Origin: Laetmonice hystrix
Taxonomy: Eukaryota
DNA: 64,000 nt
Reading direction: 5' to 3'
Assembly: GCA_965235115.1 (NCBI GenBank)
Contig: OZ249436.1
Location: 57,226,001-57,290,000 of the forward strand
The notes under the pieces were generated by a model. It was not told the origin of the DNA and did no database searches. It saw nothing but the letters and a program-made list of their open reading frames with translations. The translations under genes were made by a program, and so were the position numbers. This document shows, piece by piece, positions 1-11,325 of this stretch. How positions within the stretch are numbered: the first letter of the stretch is position 1; each line of letters opens with the position of its first letter.

Positions 1-155
1 CTGGAAGAGGCAATGCCTACGAGATGACACTACTGGGTGTGATACTTAGTCTCAGCTGTGTTTTAAAGAATGAGGCAGGACCATATGAATTCTTTGATGA
101 GCCATCAAGGTCTACCACACACGAACACGATATCACTAAATCAAATATACATGGG
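1..155 (+). CDS. UBE4A: UBE4A exon (5'-truncated by window)
   Basis: Frame from base 3: [19 protein letters not shown]...ITKSNIHG; donor gtaagt at 156. Confidence 0.9.
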
Positions 156-3100
156 GTAAGTACTATGAGGATTTTACAAATACCCTAACTAGCTATGTAG
201 ATATGCTGCTTTCTTTTCTACTGCTACATGTATACTACAGTGAATTTGAAGGCCAATCATGTTCAGGCTGGCCAGTTATCTTGCATCAAATTAATTCCTC
301 AGCTGATAGGTCAGCAACTTCATTATTTATTATATTATTTGCAATATAGCTTTATAATTCATCTGCTTTCTTGTAACTGATTATTTGCAGCATGTAGAAA
401 GGGTCAATGAAGGTGTGTACCAGCTTGTATATAGACTGTTAAAGCTTGGTGGAGAACCTCGTCATCTCATGCTGTCATGGCTAGGAAACTGTCTCCATGC
501 CAATGCAGGTAAGTACCACAACATGGTCAACATGCGCCTGTACTGAACCGTTAGGTAATACAGGCTAAGACTCACGCAGCTTTGATGGGTTATTACCATA
601 TTTAGGACAATAGCAACTTAAGTTGCAGGTGATCTTGACATGTTTTTTTTTTCACTTTAAGGTAGTATCTAATTTTAATAGTTCAACATAAATTTCCAGG
701 TCTCAGTCACAGCAGAGATACAGGCTACAAAGATAGTCAGTTCTTTTTTCAGTTTTAGGTTTTACTACCTGCACAAATCAAGGAATTTACTGTAAAACTA
801 GAAGGTTATTCCACCATAATATTGTTAACTTTATACAAACTTGGACATTTTTTTTCCATTTGTTTATCAGACTGAATTGATTAAGTATTTTTCTTCATTT
901 CATTAAAGGCCGTGGTAAGATGTGGTCCCGTCAGATGCCAGCGATTTTCAACATGATGTATGCATCGGATGGATTCTTCATCAACCTGTGTGCAGTTTTA
1001 TTGAGATTATGTCGACCATTCTGTGAACCTCACTCCCCAAAGCTTCTCAAAATACAGATGTCTTACTGTCAGGCAACTAGTGGCGACTCCACACAGCGCG
1101 CAGAAAAAAATATTCACATGAGAGGTGTGTAAACATCTTTAATTTCAGAACACCATTTTAAAGTTGAAGTTTGGAAAAGCCTTAGTATTTGAGCCCAGAT
1201 TTTAGACTTCCTTTTCTGACTGACATTTCTGTTCGCTCCCATTATGCAAAATCTTTGAGTCAAGTTTTTGCCTCACATTTATTATTTGTTTTTGTTTCTG
1301 ACAGACATAGCAGATGAGACATGCCTCATCCCCAAACCTGAGGGAAGCACTGAGGCAGTGCCAGTTGAAGAAAAATACAACTTTATGACAGAGTGTTTTT
1401 TCATGACACATCAGGCAATCCACCTTGGCTTGCATGTTGTTCATGAGAAGTTCCTAAAGCTCAACCACGAGCTTCACAGAATACAAACTTTACATCAAGA
1501 CATAATGAGACAAGGGGGTCAAGATTCCGAACCCGGTCAGAGGATTAAGGAGCAGATGGAGAAAGGTAGATTTCTTTAATATAATACTTATCAGAGAAAT
1601 CTCATCCTCTCATTTTGGTTAACACACTCTATTCGTGACCATATTAGTAAAGCATTGTATGCAGGATCTTGTAATGGTCAGTGATCTTGATATACTCCAC
1701 CTAAAGTCTGGACTTTAAAAAAGTTTCTAGTTTTGTATTATACCTTTGGGATTCTGGAGTGCCATGAAAAATACACAATTTAGTGTGGAATGTTGATGAC
1801 ATATCCCAGCTTGTTCAGAATGTCATGGCATTAACAGAGTAAAGAAGTAGGTTCTTACAATGCTATACCGAGACATGTCTGTCTTTATTCAGGTATGACC
1901 CACTTCCTGTGTCTGAAGACGGCATTGACAGAGCCCCAGCTTCTAGATATGTGCTTCAGCTTTCAAACTTCCACAGCAACCTATCTGGTACACCTTGCCA
2001 CAGCTCCCGATGTAACAAAGTTCTCAGAGGTGCAGTTACCTCTGCCAGCAGAGGCTCCAACCTGCCTCGCATACATGCCAGAGATGTTGGTTGAAAATAT
2101 CTTAGACTTTTTGATATTTATTCGCCGTTTCCAAGATGATTTATTTGAGGTAAGGATGTTTCAAATCGCACATCATTTGTGGTATTGTACACGTGAATAA
2201 CAATTAATTCTATTAGATGTAAAGTTTTATTTAAAGGTAAACGGTTCTGGTATGAAATGATCCAGAGTTGTAATATCCTGATGGCAAGATTTTGCATCAA
2301 TCTTAACGAAATGGATAGATACATCTGTACAAAATAATCTTGGGTGTTAATTCAAACTCATCCTGATTCTTATTCTTCTGGTTTTTAGGCACAAGGTGTT
2401 CTTTTACAAGACCTTATGACTCTAGTGCTGGTATTTATGGGAAGTCCCAGTCACATGCGCAACCCACATCTGCGAGCCCGTTTAGCAGAGGCTATGGAGA
2501 GTCTAATGCCACCAAAAGATCGTGGAATGTCCTCTAGAATCATTGTCAAGTATGTATTAACAGTCAATAAGGCTGGACAATTATCATTTCCTAGATGTGC
2601 AAATATGCGAAAACGAGCCAGACTGGGGACAAAAAAGAGGATAGTCTCGTCAGCTTAGCATTGCTACGCCCATAGGAACCAGCAACTGTCAACTTCAAAA
2701 TATTTGTACTCCCCAATGAGGGCACTTCGAGACTGGAGCCTTACAAGTCTATATAATATGATTAACTAACAAGTGTACTGAATGAAAAGGTACATTTCAC
2801 GTGTAAGATGTTTAAATTGTTACAATACAGCCTGATTTTAGAAAGTGTATTTATGTGCCTATGGTAAACCTATTGGAAATTTGTGACGCTACATTATGTT
2901 TTCCCTGGGGACAGCCAAGTGGTTTAAGGCTATTTTACAACTATTTATGCAGCCAAAGTATATCTTTGGTGTGGATGGTTAGAAACACCTTGAGAATATT
3001 TTTTAAGGCCTCTATACAACTAAGGTCAATTATCTGACTTCAAAGCGGATTGAAGTCAGCCCCCAACCCTCCCTAGGTTAGAGGCATGGGTAAAGCATTT

Positions 3101-5574
3101 AACTTTCCCAAGATTAGTTTGTCTGAGAGTATACGTACAGACTGTTTCCATCTCCTACATTATTTTATATTGCAGCTTCCACAGAGATCAACTATTCCAG
3201 AGGCATCCTCTTGCTGGATTTATGGGGGAAACACTACTGCACGTTTTTGTCTCCATAGAAATGACAGGACAAGGAGTAGAATTTGAACAGAAGTTCAACT
3301 ATCGACGTCCTATGTACTCCATACTTGAATATATTTGGAACATGGATCATCACAAATATGCAATAAAGGTTAGTAAACAGACCAATGAAGGTGGGCACAT
3401 GCTGTTTTCTGTCATCGTAATGGCTTCAAGTAACCTGCACACAACCTTTAACATTTCCACAACAAAAGAGAACAAACCCCAAGTGATATTCCATAAAAGT
3501 ATCTTTTGTGTGACAGACTGTGTTAAACTTACAAGGCGATTTCCATCAACACAGTCTTCATGATCCTGAAATGTAAAAATCATACATTTGACTACTTTTT
3601 GTATTTGCCTAATATTAGTTTAACTAAGGTAATACGATTTGGATTACAACTTTATCCATTTAGACATACAACGGACCTGTACAGTAACTGATTGACGTAA
3701 AGGTCATTTGTCTGTATTATTTATGTAAACAGTTAGAATAGCAAACCTTTTATTTCATTTTCTGGTTATAATAATGATGAATCTTTGTTCTACAGAAGCT
3801 GGCAATGTATGCTGAAGAACATATGGAGGATACCAATGCACCGCTCTTCCTACTCTTCATTAACCTCCTAGTTAATGATGCCATCTTTCTTCTTGATGAA
3901 GCATTATCAGTTTGTATTTTTTCCAGTAATATTTTAACCCTTTTTTTCGTTATAGAGATGCTTTGTATATAAAGTGATTTTAAAGTAATTTTCCTTTATT
4001 GCCTGTAATATTCATAGGTAATAAATAGAATTATAATTTAATTGTAATGCAAATTCCATTTTACAAAATGATTACATTAGGTAAAACTGTGCTGTGAAGC
4101 CATATTTGTTATGAGGTATATTATGGCCTACATTACTATTTCAGTACATGTCACAGATTAAAGACAAGCAGGCTGAACAGGATAGTGGTGCTTGGGCACA
4201 GCTACCTGCCAGTCAGAGACAAGAAAACGAGTCGTTGCTGCGTCAGCTGGGAATGCTAGCCCGCTTCCACAACATCATGGGAAATGACACCATCCATTCT
4301 CTGGAGATGTTAACTCGGCATATCAAGAGTATCTTTACTCACAGCATCTTTGTGGAAAGAGTTACTGCCATGTTGAACTACTTCCTTCTCCACTTGGTAT
4401 GATCTTAAACCATCAGTGTTATTGGACGCTTATTGAGTATTATGTAGCCGGGCAAACCCTGTCAGGTTTCAAGATGTTTAGTTAAATTGAACGAATACAA
4501 AATGGAGTGCCAGGATTTATCAAAGTACATGTAGCTATCTCTGCATGCAAAGTTAAAGTTGCTATATCTGCGTGGAAAGTAAACGTATTTAGTGCACTTA
4601 AACTCATACACTTAACATCTATTAACGTGGAAAGAAAAATTACAAACGTGTTTTACCTGTGAATGTGCCTATTTTCAGGTTGGCCCCAAAAAGAAGAACT
4701 TAAAAGTGAAAGATTTCAGTGAGCATGACTTCAAGCCCCAGGAACTGGTGTCGAACATCTGCCAGATTTATCTCAACCTTGGCGAAGACGAAGCCTTTTG
4801 CCTGGCAGTTTGTCGGGATGGTCGCTCCTATTCACATGACCTGTTTGTCCAGGCAGATAAAGTACTGCGCAGGATTGGTCGACCCCTAGACATGATCGGA
4901 CAGTTTACAGAACTAGGTGCTAAAATAAGGGTGGGTTATATCTTTTATTTTTATTTTCAGATTTACATATTGGAAATACATGTAAAATGAGCCCTGTTCT
5001 TTGGCCTTACTCTTCAGAACAAAACATGTCCCATTAAATCTGCTGATACAGACTTGCAGACAATGTAGATACAATGTACTGTGTCTGTTACAGGAACTTT
5101 CTTCTCAACAAGAAGCAGAGGAAGAGGCTCTAGCTGATGCTCCAGATGAGTTTTTGGATCCCATAATGGGAACATTGATGACAGATCCCGTTCTCCTTCC
5201 TTCATCTGGTCAGATCGTGGACCGATCTACCATTGCCAGGCATATACTTAGGTGAGTCAATCGGATACATGATATTAACAGCTTGCATGTAAAATCTTGG
5301 GTCAGAATCTTGATCAGTTTCAAATTTGACAAACTTATAATAACAAAAATCAACGTCATTTGTTAACAGTCCAGCTGAAGTTAGATATTGCTACATTAAA
5401 TGTTTTAATTGCTGTGTATATTAAGCAACTATAAAGCATGTTTCATCTAGTTTCCTCTGTTTCAGTGACCAGTCAGATCCGTTCAACCGAGCACCATTGA
5501 CGATGAACATGGTAAAACCTGCAGAGGATCTTCAACAGAAAATCAGCGACTGGCTCAAGTCTCATAAGAAATAG
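1..5574 (+). CDS. UBE4A: Ubiquitin conjugation factor E4 A (UFD2-family U-box E3/E4 ligase), last 12 coding exons; 5' part is upstream of the window
   Basis: join(1-155,391-508,909-1124,1305-1565,1893-2149,2389-2549,3176-3368,3796-3909,4145-4396,4679-4930,5094-5251,5466-5574). All introns are GT-AG and phases are consistent. The translation is colinear with human UBE4A as I recall it: [62 protein letters not shown], and U-box DEFLDPIM...DRSTIARH...DPFNRAPL. Confidence 0.97.
391..508 (+). CDS. UBE4A: UBE4A exon
   Basis: tttgcag|HVERVNEG...[13 protein letters not shown]|gtaagt. Confidence 0.95.
909..1124 (+). CDS. UBE4A: UBE4A exon
   Basis: [10 protein letters not shown]...[10 protein letters not shown]...LCRPFC...KNIHMR|gtgtgt. 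Confidence 0.93.
1305..1565 (+). CDS. UBE4A: UBE4A exon
   Basis: ctgacag|[10 protein letters not shown]...[12 protein letters not shown]...IKEQMEK|gtagat. Confidence 0.92.
1893..2149 (+). CDS. UBE4A: UBE4A exon
   Basis: attcag|[18 protein letters not shown]...[14 protein letters not shown]|gtaagg. Confidence 0.95.
2389..2549 (+). CDS. UBE4A: UBE4A exon
   Basis: tttttag|AQGVLLQD...[19 protein letters not shown]...|gtatgt. Confidence 0.93.
3176..3368 (+). CDS. UBE4A: UBE4A exon
   Basis: ttgcag|FHRDQLF...[25 protein letters not shown]...YAIK|gttagt. Confidence 0.95.
3796..3909 (+). CDS. UBE4A: UBE4A exon
   Basis: ctacag|[38 protein letters not shown]|gtttgt. Confidence 0.95.
4145..4396 (+). 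CDS. UBE4A: UBE4A exon
   Basis: tttcag|YMSQIK...[13 protein letters not shown]...MLNYFLLHL|gtatga. Confidence 0.95.
4679..4930 (+). CDS. UBE4A: UBE4A exon
   Basis: ttttcag|[24 protein letters not shown]...DGRSYS...AKIR|gtgggt. Confidence 0.95.
5094..5251 (+). CDS. UBE4A: UBE4A exon, U-box N-terminal part
   Basis: ttacag|[52 protein letters not shown]|gtgagt. Confidence 0.96.
5466..5574 (+). CDS. UBE4A: UBE4A last coding exon, U-box C-terminal part
   Basis: tttcag|[39 protein letters not shown]. Confidence 0.96.
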
Positions 5575-7216
5575 AAAATGCTTGCACGTGACAGGGTCAA
5601 CTTCAACCGTCCATATGTGGTTAAATCAAATAACACCCTACATGTGGAATGTTGCTCCGAGTTTCGCCGGATACAGAGATTGAAAATTAGCATCCAAGCT
5701 ATAATGATTATTTACATGTGATGTCGCTGATGTGATATGGCATACAGCCCTCAGTGTTACTCATGTGTATCGATGTAAGAACGCTATTCCATATAGTGGT
5801 GGCTAGAAGCAACATTTATCTGTGTATGCACCAGTCGGCGGGTAATGGGAATTAAATGAATATTCAGATAAACCGTTTCAGCAGCTATTGTATAATATAT
5901 TAGAGGTGATTTATGTGAAATGGTTGAGGGTTTCTTCACATATACATGTATGTGTTTAGTAAAAACTGTTAATACCGCGTAGGTGTTAACATCAGTAGCT
6001 GATAACGTGTTATTTACTTTATGAGAATTAGGGTTCATAGCAGCAACACTGTAAGCAGTAGATTTGTATACACATGTGTACCGGTAATAACAAACAATTT
6101 CCGCGAATGTACAGACTAATTGTGAAATGCTGATGTTCCTTGTAAGTGGTGGATAACCCAAGTGTTTACTCAAGAGTTTTAATGTGGTGCTGCTGTTAGC
6201 ATTAGCCCGTACCAGTACTGTGCATCAACATTGCACTATAAAGCATGCTGATTTTATATCCGGTAGGGGAACTTTTTTCAGAATGCATAGCAGACGTTTG
6301 ACTTTAGTTGTAGTGGTCCCTGTTAGCGTGATATGAAGATAAGGGCTGGTGCCTTTTTAACCATTGTTATATATTTTACTATCATGATGTACCGGTGGTA
6401 TGTAATTGTTTTTTCTTTATTTTTGAGCCATGAACCGAGACAGCATACTATTTGAATAATTGAAAGGGATATTATCTTTCATGTGGATAAGATGGAGTAT
6501 CAACGTTTTAACAATGCACATTTTGAAATCTGTTAACAATTATTGATTTGACACACTGTATGATTTTACTGTAGTGATCAGTTGCGTTTAGCCATTGTGT
6601 TCCTGTATTGTAAGCAGTGAGTGGCGTATTGAACGCATAACGCCGTGACAGTATCCAAGACCTTAGTGTTAATGCTCTAACCTTGTGAATGTAAAACAGC
6701 ACGATAAACGATATGGTTGTGATGTAAATTTTTCGAGAACGGTGTGTGAGTTATAGAACTTTGCTGTTGGCTGTAGCGGTGTGTGTTAGATCTGTGATGT
6801 GTTAGAATTGTGAGCGACCTCCGTATATATGTGTATAGTTTGTGAAGTATGAAAGGTATGTTACCGCCTTCGGATGAGTCCCGAGACCCTGATGGAATAA
6901 CAGGTCAGAGTAATGATCTGCTGTTCGCTGTCGGTCGAGAATCAATGGAGAAGTTTTGAATGTTCGGAGAAACTAATTTCTGTAAAATTATGTCATTCCC
7001 CATTCCAATTTTGCATGCATAAATATGCATGAATGACACTCGTATTTGTAGTACCAAGCTCTTTCTGAGCAGCTTGCAGGATTATCAGCAAAGAATGAAC
7101 TTGTATACTTGTAGTGACGTCTGCAGGAGTTAAGAATGCCAGAAACCGTGTGGAAATGTGTATCAACTCTTCGTTCATCTCTATGAGTTCTGATGTGTGA
7201 TCATGTCCAAAGGCAC

Positions 7217-7408
7217 ACCTGTGGTGTCGCATAACTAACTGACAGAAATTGTTACCCAGGATGGAAGTTTTTGGCGTGTGGACAGCCAAACAACGTTATA
7301 TTCATAAAATCATACCTGTGGTGTCGCATAACTAACTAAAAGAAATTGTTACCCAAGATGGAAGTTTTTGGCCTGTGGACAGCCAAACAACGTTCTATTC
7401 ATAAAATC
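7217..7408. repeat. Tandem duplication, 97-bp unit x2
   Basis: acctgtggtgtcgcataactaact...ttcataaaatc starts at 7217 and 7314, with a few substitutions. Confidence 0.9.
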
Positions 7409-7490
7409 GTTATAATACACAGTCTGCCCTTGTCATTTTTTTTATGAAACGAGTATTACGGTAACTTTAGAATTTCCTAATGGCTCCATA

Positions 7491-7670
7491 GAGGCCAGTT
7501 TTTCTGGTTGTGGAAACTGGGCCGGTACTGGGGTGGGATGGGGGTGGGACCACAGCTGTCACAAGTAACTGACAAACTCTCTCACAATCCAATAAGGCAC
7601 GAAAGGGTTAATTTGAAACCAGAAGGGACGGGTCTTACGATCACGAGACCACTGAGCTACCCTCTCGCCC
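7491..7670 (-). mobile_element. Degenerate tRNA-derived SINE
   Basis: Minus strand begins GGGCGAGAGGGTAGCTCAGTGGT (A-box-like), then GGTTTCAAATT (degenerate B-box), then GAGTTTGTCAGTTACTTGTGACAG...CCAGTTTCCACAACCAGAAAAACTGG, which resembles an invertebrate SINE core recalled from memory. Confidence 0.5.
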
Positions 7671-8349
7671 CTCCTTCTAGGGGCCTATATGCGCCCACCC
7701 TCCCTATTTCTGACCGGTGGGTCCCTGGGATTTTGTGTATGGGGTACCTAAATCGTCGAGTCGTATACGTGTAGTTGCAAAGGGTTAATCTAGTAAGCCA
7801 TCAAAATGATGAAATTGGTTGAGATCTGTTAGTGCGGGTTACGGTGTGGTCGAACTGCTTCAAGCGTATAGACCGCCTGCATTATATCCATCTTTTCATA
7901 CACTACTTGGACTGCCCGACCTGAGCTCGCCTTTCCCGTTCGTGTCAATATTGGTCCGCGAAAACAGACTAGGCGAATAGCTACATATCCTCTAACGAGG
8001 ATATATCCTAGTTCCGAGAGGGTGGTTTAACCTGACAGTACCTGGCCTGCCTTGTTCTTTTAATGAGGCCAAATGAGGCTCAATATGAGGAGACTGAATA
8101 AGCCCCCCCCCCCCCCCCCAACTAGCTGAACCCCTACCCCTGGCGATGGAGAGAGAGTAGACCTACAAATAAATTTAGTTTTGTAAAAACTTAATTAGGC
8201 CCACGCCTAAGTCCATTTATTTTATAGGCCTATATAGGCCTAATATTAATATGCCTATTCACAATAGGCTATAGGAATAGGCCTATTCCCATTATAAGCC
8301 TAATAATAAAATGTTCGATAACCCGGTAGGCTAATATCCGAGACCTGGG

Positions 8350-8795
8350 AATGTGCATGGTCGTAGCTATGGGGTGGCGGGGGCATCTGCCTCCCTGTGA
8401 ACCCCCCCCCCCCGAAAGTATGTTATAATGCCTAATAAAATCAGGCTATAGGCCTAACATCCTTATTATTATAGTCTTCTTTTTCTGGTTTATGGGGAAA
8501 GGGCGTCTTGTCCCAGGGGGTATCTTGACCCACCTATCTATAGTCTATGCCTCCTATGATTTAATAGTCTCCCAGAGTCAGAGCTAGTTCCGCTCTTGTG
8601 AAAGAGTCTAATCTACAGCCTAGGGGCTAAGGGGGCTCAGCCCCCTTCCCCAAATTCTCTAGTGGAGGATGTTATTTTTATCATCCAACTAGGCCTATAG
8701 AATAACGATGTTTTTGTCCGATATGGTTAGCCCCTCCCCCCTTAAGAAATTCCTGGATCAGCCGGTGCCCCTCCCCCCCCCCCCCCCCCCCCCCG
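8350..8795. repeat. Remnants of G/C-homopolymer MITE-like elements
   Basis: ggtcgtagctatggggtggcggggg...ccccc, gggggctcagccccc and aaattcctggatcagccggtg, the last resembling the TIR of the element at 9641. Confidence 0.4.
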
Positions 8796-8879
8796 GAATT
8801 GCGGTCCTGTGTTGTAGGAGGAACCTCGGTCAGTCACTGAACCGAACGCAGAAAGCGTGGTAGCCTCCGCCCCCCACAG

Positions 8880-9156
8880 GTGGCGCAATGGAGCTGCCCC
8901 ACCTGCATTCCCCGCCGTTGTCGGAAGTAGGTCGGTCCAGGTGGCCATCACAAAAAGGGTCATATCAGCGACGGCACTTGGCACAGTTGCGCCAATCTCC
9001 TCTTGTGGGAGGCAACGAAACACTGGCTTCAGTCTGAAAAAAATAATAACGGGGTGTTCCTGTGAGTGCGGCACAGGAGTTCAGTGGTGGGTTGACAGCG
9101 GGCGCATGAAAGGACAGCCAGCACCGACAATTTTAACGGCAGTGTAGAGAAGGAGC
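8880..9156 (+). promoter_or_regulatory. Putative Pol II promoter / 5' UTR with MYB, E2F, CCAAT and ETS motifs
   Basis: GC/CpG-rich. YAACKG matches at 8915, 8984, 9047 and 9134; CGGAAGT at 8922; GCGCCAA at 8989; CCAAT at 8992. Directly upstream of an ATG exon with a donor site. Confidence 0.5.
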
Positions 9157-9234
9157 ATGGAGCAGAAGAAAGCGGCGGCACCGCCAGAGGACGGGGGAGA
9201 GTCTCAGCAGGCCCGGCCGGAGAAAACTAGCAAG
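9157..9234 (+). CDS. Candidate first exon of an unidentified transcript (MEQKKAAAPPEDGGESQQARPEKTSK); may be a uORF or non-coding
   Basis: agcATGg Kozak context, GC-rich, ends AAG|gtaggt (strong phase-0 donor); no recognisable homology. Confidence 0.4.
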
Positions 9235-9589
9235 GTAGGTCACTCCATGATACAGTTTGATACGGTCGGCCGGCGCGATGTTTTGAATATACTAGTCTAC
9301 GACAAGAGCCGGGGGAACGTCGGGGCGGGGGCGGGGGCATGGGCTGACGGAGATCAAACGTTGTATGATGGGGACGCAGGTGACAGACACCTCACTAACT
9401 CAGTCTCAGTCAGTCTGACTGAGAACTTTTTTAATTGTTGGCCTTGATGAGCGATGGCAACATGGCTGACATCGGCCACAGGCTGCACAGCTGATTATGA
9501 TGGATATAAATAATAGCCTACCATCTTTTTGGGAAATTTGTTGTTGCAATGCTGAATGCAACATCTAGCCTATTCTAGGCATACCGGCC

Positions 9590-9930
9590 CAGGGGCGGCA
9601 GCAATCAATTAACTTTAACGGGGGGGGGGGGGGGGGGGCAGGCGCGGATCCAGGATTTTTTTGCAGGGGGGGGGGGGCAGAAGATGTGAGCCGCCGAGGG
9701 TTGGGGCAATGGTCTGGGGCCCTTCCCCGATAACATTACAAAAACCTAAGTTGGTCCCGAGCAGGGGGGGGGGGTCCGGATCCCCTGGACCCCCCCCCCC
9801 CGCCCCCCCCGCATCCGCGCCGGGGGGGGGGGGGGGTAAAGGGGAGCCCTACACGGGCACGTTAAAATTCCTTTTGTTGGCCAATAATGTTGAGGTGCCT
9901 AGAGAAAAGGGCTCACCCCCCCCCCCAGCT
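9590..9930. mobile_element. Poly-G MITE-like element (outer), interrupted by a second MITE
   Basis: Starts caggggcggcagc, its G-run is split by the inner element, and it resumes with a G-run at 9822; right end uncertain. Confidence 0.4.
9641..9821. mobile_element. MITE with 11-bp TIRs
   Basis: GGCGCGGATCC (9641-9651) and GCATCCGCGCC (9811-9821) match 10/11 as inverted repeats; internal hairpin GGGGTCC/GGACCCC at 9771-9793. Confidence 0.7.
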
Positions 9931-11179
9931 AAATGGGACATTGAAAGCTGAAAATAATGCTTGGACTAGCTTAGAGCTGTAATATTTAGGCTTCTATAGC
10001 TATGTAGGCCTACGTTCCTTCTCAATAAGTTTAGGCTAAAATAGATTAGGACTTGACCTGGGCAGTAGGACAAGAGAAAAAAAGGGGGGTAAAAACCTGC
10101 ATGTATACACAAAACCAAGAATAGAAGGCATGAGTCACAAACGTACATAGGCCCTATCAGGGCCTATGTCCAATTTTAATGGGTTTTTTTCATATCCTGA
10201 TCAGTCTTCAATGTAAAGGCTAATTCAAAACCCTTCCCCTATATTAACTAGACCCATTTAGTTTTGAAAATGGAGCTAAGAATTGAATTTATTTTTAGAA
10301 GTTGTTAAACAGGACTGTAATACAGTACTATGTATAGGCCCTACATATGTTTGAAAATACATGTACTCATCTTGGTTTGGTAATATCAAAATAACTTTGT
10401 TAGAATAACATGACTCAAAAGTCTTAAGCTGAGCCCATTATTTTGTGTAGTATTGGGGGTACCGTAGTTGCAAAATTCAGTTAAACCATTGTAAGTGCAG
10501 TCCCTTCCAGCTATTTCAGTTTTCAAAATTGGTTGATTCAAGTAGGACTATTCTTCAAAAGACCTTGGGTGAGCATGCAGTTGTTAGCTATGGTTGCATT
10601 GTAATGGTAATGTGTTGGTCTCTGCATGTGGATGCATGGCTCTACTTCTATTCTCTCTCAATAGGCTGCAGCTGAGAAATCTAGGTTATGCTCTTGGCCT
10701 GAATGCATTAATCAAAGGGTTTCGACTATGACCTTGCACATTAAAACACCTAGGGTCATCAGCAGTGATGCTCTTTGTAATGCCTCTCTGATCCCGCTTG
10801 AAAGGATCAGTAGTCAGTAGGAAGTCCACTTTAGAAACTTTTTCTATAAAGAATTATTGGCATTTTCACGATCTTACTATGTTTGAAAATACAAAGGACT
10901 GCATGTTGAAGGGGGAAAGGCTGGTTTTTATAAAGAAGTTGTCATGGAAACAGATGTCATTAACCATGCTGGGGATGAGTTGGACTAGATGAGGTGTTAT
11001 TTGATAATCAGGGTTTGTTAATTGAACACAAGTATAATTGCCATTCATTTTGCAGGTGTGACATCATTAGTCTAGGTGTGAATCTTGGCGTTGTGTCTCA
11101 GATGTAATCAGGAAAGTTAGAAAATCTATGATTAAAAGGATCCAATTGCGTCAACTTTTCCAGAGATAAACTGCCGTGT

Positions 11180-11325
11180 CTGCACAGAAATATATAATAT
11201 TACAACGATCTATCTCATTATCATGTCTCGATTTACTTCTAACAATAGCAAAACTGGAGGAGCAGACATGCCATTCTTCACTTAGATGGTGAAAAATGCG
11301 ATCACATTTTACCCCGGCTTACTGA
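11180..11325 (+). repeat. Dispersed repeat, copy A (non-autonomous DNA element end)
   Basis: ctgcacagaaatatataatattacaa...tggaggagca...gaaaaatgcgatcacattttaccccggctt aligns along its length with the reverse complement of 39188-39330. Confidence 0.85.

Noticed and set aside
5784-6173. 129-aa - strand ORF antisense to the UBE4A 3' UTR
   Set aside because: No motif, composition of AT-rich UTR; likely chance
8742-9951. Gly/Pro-rich ORFs at 8742-9074 and 9661-9951
   Set aside because: Artefacts of G/C homopolymer tracts in MITEs
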